Below are positions 24,391 to 35,535 of a stretch of DNA of 64,000 nt, piece by piece. Within the stretch, counting starts at the first letter, position 1, and each line of letters begins with the position of its first letter. The notes beneath the pieces are model-generated. The model searched no databases, had not been told where the DNA came from, and saw nothing but the letters and a program-made list of their open reading frames with translations. The DNA comes from Paraspadella gotoi. Taxonomy: Eukaryota > Animalia > Chaetognatha. The position numbers and the translations under genes are program-made. Where the stretch lies: contig CM119268.1 in NCBI GenBank assembly GCA_051294375.1, positions 11,257,710 through 11,321,709 of the forward strand. Direction: 5' to 3'.

Positions 24391-27300
24391 TTAAATTCTC
24401 GCGGATTGTATCGAATCGAAATCGGACAAAACTTTTCGGCAACGGTCGCAAATAGAGTCTTGCTCCTCGACGTTGTAGAGTCGGCATCTCAAGCAACTGA
24501 GACACTGAGTTTTTTCAGCTACAAAACGAAACTCGGTCCCGTCTTCGAAATGAGGATGAAGTATTTCGATCTCGGTTCTCTCGAGGGCGTCAGCATCTAG
24601 ATCCTCGTCCTCATTATCCACGGTGATCACCTTTTTGATCGGGGGCAACCGCGGGAGTTTCCACGCGTCTGCGCTCGAGACGCCAGTTATCTCGAGGCGG
24701 GCACACCCGAGTAACTCTGCCGAAAACTCAATGAATTCCGGCGTGACCTCCTTGTCGATCTCCACACGAAGCAAGAAAGTTTTCATTTCGAGTGCGGAAA
24801 CTGTCGGCTTGTCCAGCGCCTCCTCCAATCGCCGTAATAAATACTTACGGAGGGCGAGGCCGTCGCGAAAAGCCCCCTCAACGAGGACCTCGTCGACACC
24901 GGAAAAATCGAAGCTTACGGCGTCACCCCAGTTGGTCTTCATAATGCTCGTGGAGGGAGTAGGGCGTCGGTGAGAGAAGAGTTCGTCGGCGAGGTGAGGC
25001 AAAATGGGGGCCAGAGCTGGAAGCAGCTGTGAAAATTCGAAGTTATTATGGAATGAAAAAATAAGTTCTAAAATAAAAAGACTATTAACCCCGTCAAGCA
25101 GATGACTCAAAGTCGTCTGAGCTGCCCTTCTCCCAGCCGAATCAGCTGCATCGCAATATAGACGATCTCGGACCGGATCCAGATACAGGGATGAAACGGT
25201 TTCAACAAAGTCACGGATCCTGGAGGTGGCCGTGGCGAAGGAAAAAGATTCAAAGGCAGTTTCCACCTTAATTAAACAATTGATACATAAATAATTAGTT
25301 AAAATTAAAATTTACATGATTTTAAATTTTTAAACGTCTAACCTCCCCCAAAAACGTTTTTAACTGAAGCAGAATGGCTTGGTCCAAGATTCGGAGATTC
25401 TTTGCTGGAAGAGAATGGACAGATGGATCGAAGTCGAACAAGTTTCCAAGAACGAAGCGCAAAGTTTTTCTGTTGAATTTCAATTACATGTTTGAAAGAA
25501 AAAGGTTTAACCTGAGGAAGCTTATATCAATACTTTCGACAGAATTTATAGAGATTGCCGATTATAAATTCTGTAACTTTTGATAAATTTTGACAAATCG
25601 TCGAGGTTCAAACCTCATTCGGAAGACCCGGTCATAGTTTTGTCCGACGACGTTCGGTCCAAGCTTAATGACGGACTTTCGCTCCGCGGAACTAGCAACC
25701 CATAATCGAAGAACGTCGACCCCCGCGCCCTCCTGTCGAGTGACTTCATAAATTAGTTTTCTTTGTAAACCTTTCTCGAATGAACTCTTTCCCTACTTCA
25801 TTCTTTTTGCCAAAGATAAGTTCTTGTGGGTCGACGACGTTGCCTTTGGACTTGGACATCTTCCGTCCCTCTTCATCAACAACGAACCCGTGGACGAGAA
25901 TGTTCTTGAAGGGGGCTTCTCCATGGACGGCTACGCAGGTTAGCAGAGAGGAAAGAAACCATCCGCCGTATTGATCGAGTCCCTCTAGGTACAGGTTCGA
26001 CATATGACAGCCTGAAAAATTATTCAAGGAGTTTATAAAGAGAAGCGACTTTATAAACAATTTTCTTTTATGGTCGTACCCGTTTCTCTCTTCACAACGC
26101 TATTCCAAGATGAACCACTGTCAAACCAAATATCAAGTATGTCGTCGCCCCTGACAAAATCTTTGGAAGACCTGTCTCCGAGGCCAGAGGCGGAGAGGAC
26201 GCCATCGGGCAGGAGCGTCTCAAGTGGAAGTCGCCACCAACAGTCAGAGCCACCTGCTAATTAACATTGTTTCATAAAAACAGTTCTTTTTCAAATGATT
26301 CTATAAAACCTCACCGTTGTTTCGAAACAAATCTTTTAAGTGTCTGACGGTAAAATCGTTGATAAGTGGTTCCCTCGATTTTTTGTCATAGAAAACAGGA
26401 ATGGGAAGACCCCAAACACGCTGACGAGAAATACACCAATAATTCCGCTGTTTTTGAAAAACATTAACAAAACTATGGGCTAAATCATTTAAATTTGACT
26501 GTTCATAACTTTCATTGGTGTCCAACCTGACGTAATTTTTCTGCCATTTCCGACCCTTTTGTTGGATCAGGAAAAAAGTTGACACTCTCCAAGGCTTTTA
26601 GGGCCTCCACCGTAATGCTTCTGTTATCTACGAACCACTGAAGGCTGGCAAGAATGATCACTGGTTGTTTGGTTCTCCAGTCATAGGGGTAGCTGTGAAT
26701 ATATTCTTTTTGATGTAGAACGTTGTTTCCCAACATCTTCAACACTTTACCATTGCCGTCGCCCAGCACTTCCAATCCTTCCAGTTCGGGGCCGGCTTCC
26801 CGGGTAAATCTACCAAGTTTGTCGACCCAAGGCCGCTCGACTGACAAATTATGCGCACGAAAAACATGAAAGTCGTCGTGTCCATGGGCAGGGGCAGCAT
26901 GTACGAGGCCCGTTCCCTTTGTGTCGTGAACATGAGAAGAGGGAAGGAAGGGAAGCGGATCTGAAGTCATCACCAACGGATGAACGTAGGAAAGTTTATC
27001 AAGATTCTCCATCAGGCGCAACGTTTTCACTCGACGCCCCAAAGCGTCGGCTACGTTATCAACGCAATTCTCCGCCAAGAGGTAAGCAGCCACATCGTCC
27101 TCCATCTCCACAACCACGTACTTCATCTTGGGATTAAAACAAATTCCTCGGTTCGCGGGAATCGTCCACGGAGTCGTCGTCCATACAAGAGCATTTAGTT
27201 CACCGTGATCGCACATCAGAGGAATCGAAAGGTAAATCGCGATGCTGCGGTGATCGTCATTATACTCCAACTCTGATTCCGCCAATGCCGACTGCGATGA

Positions 27301-28129
27301 GGGACTCCAATAGATGGGCATGAAAGATTGATAGACGCAGCCGCGCTAAAAAAATAAATACTATTCTGAGGCATAGATACAATAACTTAAAACTAAAATA
27401 AAGAACATTAAATAAATTATTTTTGTATACCATGTACATGGCGTAAAAAACATCCAACTGTGAAACTTCGTATTCCGAGTCGAAACTGCGGTAACATCCC
27501 TCGTCTGTCCAATCGGCTACCAAGTTCCAGCTCTTGAAGGCTCGCCGTTGTTCCTCGATCGCCTTGGACGCGAATGATTTGGCACAGTCGCGGATGGAGA
27601 TCGGGTCCGAGACGCTCGACGGCGCCGCCGCCCCTTGCAGCGCCTTCAGCTCAATGGGCAATCCATGGCAATCCCATCCTGGCACATAATGGACTTTGCA
27701 GCCGCGCAGCAATTTCCAACGCAAGGCAATATCCTGATAAGAGTTGATATCAGAAAAACTAAAAAAGCGATGGTTCTTTTTTTACCAAATCACCTTCAAT
27801 ATTTTGTTGAGAGCGTGACCGACATGAGGACTACCGTTGGCGTAGGGCGGGCCGTCGTGTAGGACAAAAAGCTCGTGTCGACGCTGACTTCGTTGCCAAT
27901 CGTACAACGAGTCGTGGTCGAATTCCTCTCTTACTTTCCGTTCTCTCTCCAGCACGCCCGTCATAGTCAAAGGAAAGTCGGTGCGCGGCATCAACAAAGT
28001 TTCTTTGTAAACTGAGGACTTTTGCTTTTTCAGTTTCGCCGAGGATTTCCATCTTACTTGACTTGAGATAACGAAAACTTCCGAACGGCGCGAGAAGTTT
28101 AGGCATTTTTCAGCGCAATTCTTAAGCAT
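24391..28129 (-). CDS. IARS2: Mitochondrial isoleucyl-tRNA synthetase, multi-exon
   Basis: [23 protein letters not shown] (HIGH), [43 protein letters not shown] and C-terminal CLRC...CDRC; N-terminal targeting-like peptide. Confidence 0.95.
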
Positions 28130-28307
28130 AATAAAATAGCTTTGTAAAATAAAATAAAAATGAACAATGTCAATAGTAAAATGGCATAAAATTTTTTTTT
28201 AAAAACCGCGTAAGTAGCCTAATAAACCACATATAAGATCACAATCAATTGACCAAATCCGCCACCAAATAAACACGCATTCATACAAAATGAAGTCTCA
28301 TGTTCTT

Positions 28308-29448
28308 TCAAAATTTAATTCTAAATCGAGAGTACGCGTCATTAACGGCGGCTCTCGTCTCCAGCTGATCGAAAAACTCTCCCACAAAGGTAGAGATGGC
28401 GGCTTCGCGATTTAACAGGCCCGCCAGACCTTGACCAGTTGCCTTTATTCGCTGAACTTTAACTTCAGGGCCAAATTTTTTAGCGACAAAGGAATCCATA
28501 TCGTCGATCCCGTCCACGAGGCCCTGTTCCAACGCCCCCTTTCCGGTCCAAAACTCACCGCTGAAGACGTCGGACTCGTCGCCGACGATGCGGCTCCCGC
28601 GACTCGCCTTGACAAAGGCGATGAAGTGATCGTGAATGGCGCGTAAAGTCCGATCCACGCGGGCAGCATTTTTCTCGTTGTCTTCGGTGAAAGAGTCGGC
28701 CAGGAGTTTGTTTTCGCCCGCCGTGCGGACGCGGCGTTCTACGCCCCATCGCCTTATCACGTCCTGTACTCGGGGAAAGCTGACGGGTTCAATAAATGTG
28801 CCGTAGCCGAAACTGCGGTAACAACTGTGCGAACCTGAAGACCGAAAGTATAGGAGAGCACGCCAATGCTTCCAACTATGGAGGACTCGCTAGCGTATAT
28901 CTCGTCAGCGGCACAGGCTATAAAGTAGCCACCAGAGGCACCCGCATCTTCGATGAAGGCATAAACCTTGACTCCTTTTTTGTCCGCCAAAGATCGAATT
29001 CTAAAGGCGAGTGAGTAGACGATTACAATAAAGGACGCCATAATAATTAATATGGACGACTTTAAAATCACCTTTTCGCCACGAGTTCCGACTGCACAGC
29101 GGAACCTCCAGGAGAATTGATTTGAAGACAAACGGCTTTTAGGTTCCGAACCTTGAAGGACTTTTCAATTTGCTTATTGTAGGAATTCAGGTTGATACGA
29201 CGGCGTCCACCGCCGAATCCCGAGTCCTCAATGGGGCCAGTCAGACGCAAAACGGCCACCGCATCGCGTTTATCGCCCTGGATCCAACGCTTGAGTTTAG
29301 TTGAAAAAGAGTCGTCATAGTCGTCGGCCGAAGACGCGGCGGACACGTTTCTCGAGAGAAGCGGGGGAGAAAGGAATTTTAAGACTGGGTAAATATTTCT
29401 CGATTTCGCTCGAGGAAGAGACGTGAAGAACCTATTTATAACATTCAT
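28308..29448 (-). CDS. Peptidase S49 (SppA/protease IV-like), 3 exons, probable mitochondrial targeting peptide
   Basis: INSPGGSAVQS, EDAGASGGYFIACAADEIYASESSIVGSIGV, TAGENK and FSGEFWTGKGALEQGLVDGI. Confidence 0.9.
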
Positions 29449-29756
29449 CGTTTCAATGTTTCGAACGCCGATGTCTTTCTTGGACTGAGGAGTGAGGAAA
29501 TAGCAGAATCATCGGAAAAAAATTTAGAAGCTGAACAATTTTAATCGAAAACTACCTGCCACATCCCATTGATTTAAATCAATTTCGATTCATAAGCAAT
29601 ACACCTGTAATTGTAAACTAGTAAACAACAAATATAAGCTGAAATTTTGTAAAAATAGTTTTGATAGATATTAAAGCGGAAAAAAAGGTTTCTGCACGAT
29701 CCAAATCCTAATCGGGAGGAAATCGTCGATTTTATTTTAAAATTCATTTTTCAAGT

Positions 29757-30527
29757 TTACCATGGAAGGTATTTTCCACTCTCGCCAAAGTCGTAATTGT
29801 AAAACTTTCCGGTCTCCATTTTTGGAAAAGTGACAATCATGTGCCGAACCGACTCCTCGACTGATAGATGACCCTGCTCGCCGCCCATATCGGTTCGGAC
29901 CCAACCAGGATGAATGGCGCTTACCAATATTCCATCCTTCTCAAATTCCACCGAGAGAGATTTTGACACCATATTGAGCGCCGCTTTTGACGCTTTGTAT
30001 GCATAATACGGAAAGTCTTTCGGTGCTGTCGTGTTAGTGATAGATCCTAAGTCAGAACTCATCATCACTATTCCAGCCGAGAAAATGGTCATTCCGATTT
30101 CACCAGCTCGAGTCTTCTCGGCCGCACGCTTCAGGAGCGGATGGAACTTTTTTCCGATGAGCAAAGGAGCGACCGCGTTGGCCCGAAAACAATCGGTCGT
30201 CGATTGAAAAGAAAACGCCTCCGGCTCATACTTGACGGGGAAGATTCCCGCGTTGTTAATGAGAGTGTTAAGGCCGTCGGGACAGAGGCGCTCCGTTTCT
30301 TCAACGGCGCGATCGACGGATGCATCATCGACGACGTCGAGTTGGAGGACTTCCACGCGGGTCGATCGGCACGACTCGGCGAGCGACCGTAAGTCCGAGG
30401 ACGAGGAAGGATTTCGGCAAGCAGCTATAATTAGTTGGGGGGTCGGTTTAACATTCGTCAACTGCTTGACTAACTCGAGGCCTAGCCCTCTGTTTGCACC
30501 AGTTATTAAAATGTTCGTCGATCCCAT
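29757..30527 (-). CDS. Short-chain dehydrogenase/reductase, C-factor/sniffer-like; intronless
   Basis: ILITGANRGLGLELVKQL, LINNAGI, YAYKASKAALNM and HPGWVRTDMGG. Confidence 0.92.
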   Translation of the reverse strand: MGSTNILITGANRGLGLELVKQLTNVKPTPQLIIAACRNPSSSSDLRSLAESCRSTRVEVLQLDVVDDASVDRAVEETERLCPDGLNTLINNAGIFPVKYEPEAFSFQSTTDCFRANAVAPLLIGKKFHPLLKRAAEKTRAGEIGMTIFSAGIVMMSSDLGSITNTTAPKDFPYYAYKASKAALNMVSKSLSVEFEKDGILVSAIHPGWVRTDMGGEQGHLSVEESVRHMIVTFPKMETGKFYNYDFGESGKYLPW

Positions 30528-30965
30528 TTTTTTTATTAAAGAAAAAAATATTATCTCATTCCTCTTTAACAGTTCAGCATTAAGTGACAAAAAAACTTGC
30601 GAAAGAATTATCCTCAATACTGATTAGAGTTACATTAGCCAATGTGTTTTTGATAATTGCAATATAATTAAGTTCTTTTTAATCGGCGTTAATTTTTCCC
30701 AAACTTCATTTTACCCAATCAAAACGGAGTCCAAGGAGTATAGCAAGCATTAAACAAACAATCACGAAATTTTTATCAGCTAAAAATTTTTAGATAATAC
30801 AAATCAAAGTGAGATCACAAAAAATTCAAAGTTAAAGAGTATTTTTCGCAATGGAATAGAGGCGAAGAACAAAATAAAATTGAAAATGAAATGTTTACCC
30901 GGTCCAACCGTAAGTAGGTATTAGGTAAGTAGCCCTCATTAATAAGTTCACTTTCCGCCACCCGT

Positions 30966-31917
30966 TTAATCGAAAAAATCGATGTTCTGCCCCGAAACGA
31001 ATTCGTTGAGGATCAAAGTCGCAACCATTTTCTCCGCAGAACATTGGCAAGAAACATAAGAGTTTGTTTTGTTTATTTCCTCGAATAACTGCCGAGTTTC
31101 TAAGTCACCGCACTCGGTCCGGACCTTCACCGACATATCCGTGCCCTCGAGCGGACCAGGACTCCAACTCAGGACCCGAACGTTCGGTTCTTCTGACGCT
31201 AGAACCTACGTAAAAGTAACGAGCATTGGTTGTTGAGCTCCTTTAACAACTATTAATCATTAGTTTGTTTTTTTTAATTTTGGGTTACCCGGAAGAACAT
31301 GTTCCTTGCGGCTTTTCCGGCGCAGTAGAGTCCCATACTTTTGAAAGGCTTGAATCCACACAAGGAGGAGATCTGGACGACTATTCTGTTTGGATGATCG
31401 CCGGCGTAGGCTAGGAAGGCCGAGTTGATGGCGACAACAGAGGACAAATTGACGCGAAAATATTCGTCGACTTCCACGGGGTCGCGAATGTCGAGGGCGT
31501 TTTTCCCGATGTCGCCGACCGTACCTTTTTTTTTCGCGCACGAGAGAAACGATGAGGCGAATGAATTTTGAATAGATTATTTACAGCATCTACCTATATC
31601 TTTGGCTAAAAACCTGCGTTGTGCACGATAATAAGTTGTTTGAACGTTCTGGGATTCGGGCAAGATAAGAAGAGGTTCTGAAACTCGGCATCCTTTGCTA
31701 AAGACAAATCCAACTTTTTCTTCTCAACGGAAACGAGCGGCGCCACTCGTCTCACCGACGCTTCCGTCACCACCAACGCTTCCTCATCCCTTGCCAAGAG
31801 CAGTAAAAGCGAGTGGGGGCCGACGCGTTCAGCCAAGGCTAGCGACACCGCCCGGCCAAAACCTCGCGAGGCACCAGTTACGACGACAAAAGATTTGGCG
31901 TCAGGAACCAACGCCAT
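30966..31917 (-). CDS. SPR: Sepiapterin reductase (SDR), 3 exons
   Basis: VVTGASRGFGRAV, IIVHNAG, ISSLCGFKPFKSMGLYCAGKAARNMFF, VLSWSPGPL and C-terminal NIDFFD*. Confidence 0.88.
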
Positions 31918-32093
31918 ACCCGTGAACCGGACAAGTTATTTATCACTTCAAATCAGAAAAAAACATACAAGTAATCAATTTTTTTACATACATAATTACA
32001 TAACTCTCACATAATTGAACTTCCTGGAGTCTCAAAAAAATCATTAAAAACTATAGCAATAAAGCTTGGCATTATGAAATAGTTTTGTCTAAT

Positions 32094-33090
32094 TCAACCA
32101 TCGCAAGGCTCAGGAAATTCGTAATGCTTGACACCCTTGACAGTAACATCACTCGGATACTGCTTGGGTAGTATTGGATAAACATGTGAGACGTTCCAGG
32201 TGCAAATAGCCACTAGCCAATAGACCAAAACAGTACTTAGAAAGAAAAGAATAAATCTTTCAAGAGTGTAACCCTTGGGAAAAGCTCCTGTGACCCTCTG
32301 CTGTGGCTCTAGTCTGTCCTCCGTATAAAGATCCGCATCAATGTGCATCGGTTCCCCGAAATTACGTCTGAAAATAAAACAAAACTAATTCTTTTCTCGA
32401 TCTACTGAGGAAGTATCAGCATATGTATGAGCAAATTTTATTATAACAAAAAAAATCTTAAAAGTATAGTGATCTCGCCAGACGTTACTATCAAAGAAAA
32501 TAAATGAAAAAAAAAAATAATTGATGAGAACGAATTATTGATATAATAATGATTAATATAATAATAATTGATTAATTGATATAATAATAATTAATAGATT
32601 GATGTAATGATAATTGATTGATTGATGTAATGATAATTGTTTGATTGATGTAATGATAATTGATTGAATAATAATTGATTGATTGATATAATAATAATTG
32701 ATTGATTATTGATATGATGATAACCAAATATTGATGCAATAATAACCAAATATTGATGCAATAATAACCAAAGGATTGATGGAATGATAACCAAATGATG
32801 GACGCAATGATAACCAAATGATGGACGCAATGATAATCATTCATTGATGAAATAATAATCATTCATTGATACGATAATAATCATTCATTGATGCGATGAT
32901 ATTCATTTATTGATGCGATGATATTCATTCATTGATGCGATGATATTCATTCATTGATGCGATGATAGTCATTCATTGATGCGATGATAGTCATTCATTG
33001 CTGCGATGATAGTCATTCATTGCTGCGATGATAATCATTCATTGCTGCGATGAGTCATTCATCGTAAATAAAACAAATGCGAGTATGAGT

Positions 33091-33122
<32 letters not shown>

Positions 33123-34406
33123 AAAAAAAGATAGAGAGAAGCTGGACAGCCGCTGCAGAACTTAATTTGTTTTTAGACAAATCAGAAGAAGCAGCGACGG
33201 AAAAAGAGAGCGACATATATTTTAAAAAGCTGGACAGCTGAACAAATGAATGGAGGAATATGAAACGTGTGAATTTAAAAGATCTTGCTGATTAAAAGCT
33301 ATATCTAAATTTTTAGCTTCCTATGGTTACACACTTGAGCCATTTTCAATGTTAAAACAGTGTGACAACGACAACAACGACGAATACAGTCAAAAGAAGC
33401 AGAAATGAATTAACATCTCGCCCAAGTCGGGAATTCGCCCGTCTGGCGAGATAAAAATGACTGCAAAATCGGCGAATGTAAAAATAAGCCCTACTAAATA
33501 AATGCTAATGTATACACCGTTAAAATAATCTATCATGAGCATAGATTATGGTATTAAAATATTTTTTATCAAAAATGCTTTTTTCTGAGGGTACTAGCCT
33601 AGTTAAAAATATTATATTATTATATGAAACAAAAATTTTTTTTAATTTAAAAATTTTTTGATGGATTCTGATAGAGCATAAAAAGTTGATCAAGAAATAT
33701 AATTAGAGCTTTTAAAAATTCTTATGTTTTCTAAGTGAAAATATAAATAAAAATTGATAAAATCATCGGAAGATGATGATGAATTTTTACGTTTTTTCTT
33801 ATTTATGACACTTATTATAAAAATATTTAAAAAAGAATTATACTTTGTGTAGATAACTTTTTATGAGCTATCTGAATCTGGTTTTAAAATAAAAAAATTC
33901 CAAAATAAATTTTGGCCTTTCCTATCTATAAATAAATATTAAAAAATTAATTACTAGGTTATAGAACCATATTAGAAATTTTTTGTCCATTGAAAGTATT
34001 CTTAGAAATGTATAAATATTCGTTTGAGCATGTACTCACACTAAATTTTTGACTCACCCCATTGAGTTGGGCTACCCCTACTACTAACAGACCCTTCAAC
34101 CTTTACGCTTCATGGATACCTGTCATATTGATAGTCCCAGTTGTAGTACGGATCTCGTGCGTAACCGCCAGATTTCGGCAAATCCGGATAGTCGCCAAAC
34201 TCCCCTGTTGGTATGGGTTTGTAGTCCTCAACGATGAGACCGTACTTTTTAGCGGCGGCGGCGTACATCTCGGGCGTGGTGGGAAAAGGTCCGGCCTTCC
34301 AATCCTGATTCCAGGTCGTTATAGAGCCGTGGCGGACAGAACCCAACAGGCGGAAGGAGGCGGCTGGGACGCGCCCGACCGAGCGAAGAATCGGAAGGAG
34401 GACCAT
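32094..34406 (-). CDS. NDUFB8: NADH:ubiquinone oxidoreductase subunit B8 (ASHI), 2 exons
   Basis: WKAGPFPTTPE...AAAAKKYGLIVEDYKP...GDYPDLP...RDPYYNWD joined to RNFGEPMHID...PILPKQYP...HYEF. Confidence 0.93.
32461..33453 (+). mobile_element. HINE/DINE-like element, family A, copy 3 (NDUFB8 intron), with an expanded ~22-bp minisatellite
   Basis: Same termini as the other copies; tandem gatgcgatgatagtcattcatt units at ~32830-33060. Confidence 0.8.
33560..34000. repeat. Old, degenerate palindromic MITE-like remnant (approximate limits)
   Basis: gattctgatagagcataaaaagttgatc (~33664) is mirrored by gataactttttatgagctatctgaatc (~33852); related motifs near 41264 and 51198. Confidence 0.4.
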
Positions 34407-35535
34407 GGCAGAGATAAAGTACAACTCCCACGGATCACCGACCGTCTCTCGGTTTCTCAACTCAGAACCCTGCAGCACCGGCAGAAAAAGCAACGAATCT
34501 ATTTAATCACTGCAGGATCACAGAGAACAACATTAGTGATGTTAATTTAAATTGGAAAAAAAATGGGCAAGAGTTTTTGAACGGATGAAATGAGTTTTCT
34601 GGAGTGACGAAAGGGAAAGGGAAAGGAAGGGTCCGAACAAAAACTGTGAAAGTTGATACTTTTCACTCATCTATTCCTTAGAAAAATTGTAGGGAGGAAA
34701 CAAATCCCGACTAAACTATGTAGTAGTAAAAAATCAATAATAGAAAAACTGGTGGTGTTGTCGTCTACGTCTAAAAATAAAGTGTTTAGCGGCTTTATCG
34801 TTACATTCTCGCTGAAAGATTTTAAAAATATTTTAGAAAAGGAACTCGATAATGAAAATAATTAAAAAAACAAAGGGGAAATGAGACGAGGAGAAAATTA
34901 ATTTTTATTTTCTGAGATCTTGATAAAAGTAGTAACGCGTCTAGAAGAGAGTGTGGGAGGAATAAGCAACAGGTCCCGATTTAAATGTAGCACTTATCAC
35001 CGTATTAAACGAAGCTCGCAACGGCCGGAAACGTTTGCATTTAAAATATATTATACGATGCTGAAGGAACCGAGGATATTTCGCTAAATATAAAAAAGCT
35101 AATCGTTTCCGCGCTGTGATTATTTAAGGCATGCGTATTGCGTGGTATTGTTTTTTTCTCACTTCTCCCGCGATTGTATCCTTTTATATCAATATTGTTT
35201 CTTCCATTGAAGTCTAATTCATTTGTCAAAACCGCATATAATCAAGAAGGCCAACCTTTTCCCCAACCGAAAAGGTATTATTATTAAAAAAAAACCCGGT
35301 TGACAAGAGGTAAGTAAGAATAAAGAAAAACGTACTTACAAGCTAGAGAGAAAAAATACAACAATTACTCCTTCAAAAAAAAATTAAGGAACAGAAAAAA
35401 GATACGATCTCGAAGATCGCTACGTATATTTATATTTCGTAGGTTTCGACGCTTAACTTCCGCCAAGCTTTTCGGCGGTTTATATATATATATTTTTATA
35501 CATATATATCGTGTTTCTTCGCGGAGACCCGCCTC

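Noticed and set aside
32572-33060. Regular repeats resembling a CRISPR array, and Ile/Asn-rich ORFs
   Set aside because: Tandem minisatellite without unique spacers, inside a Helentron-like element in a eukaryotic intron.
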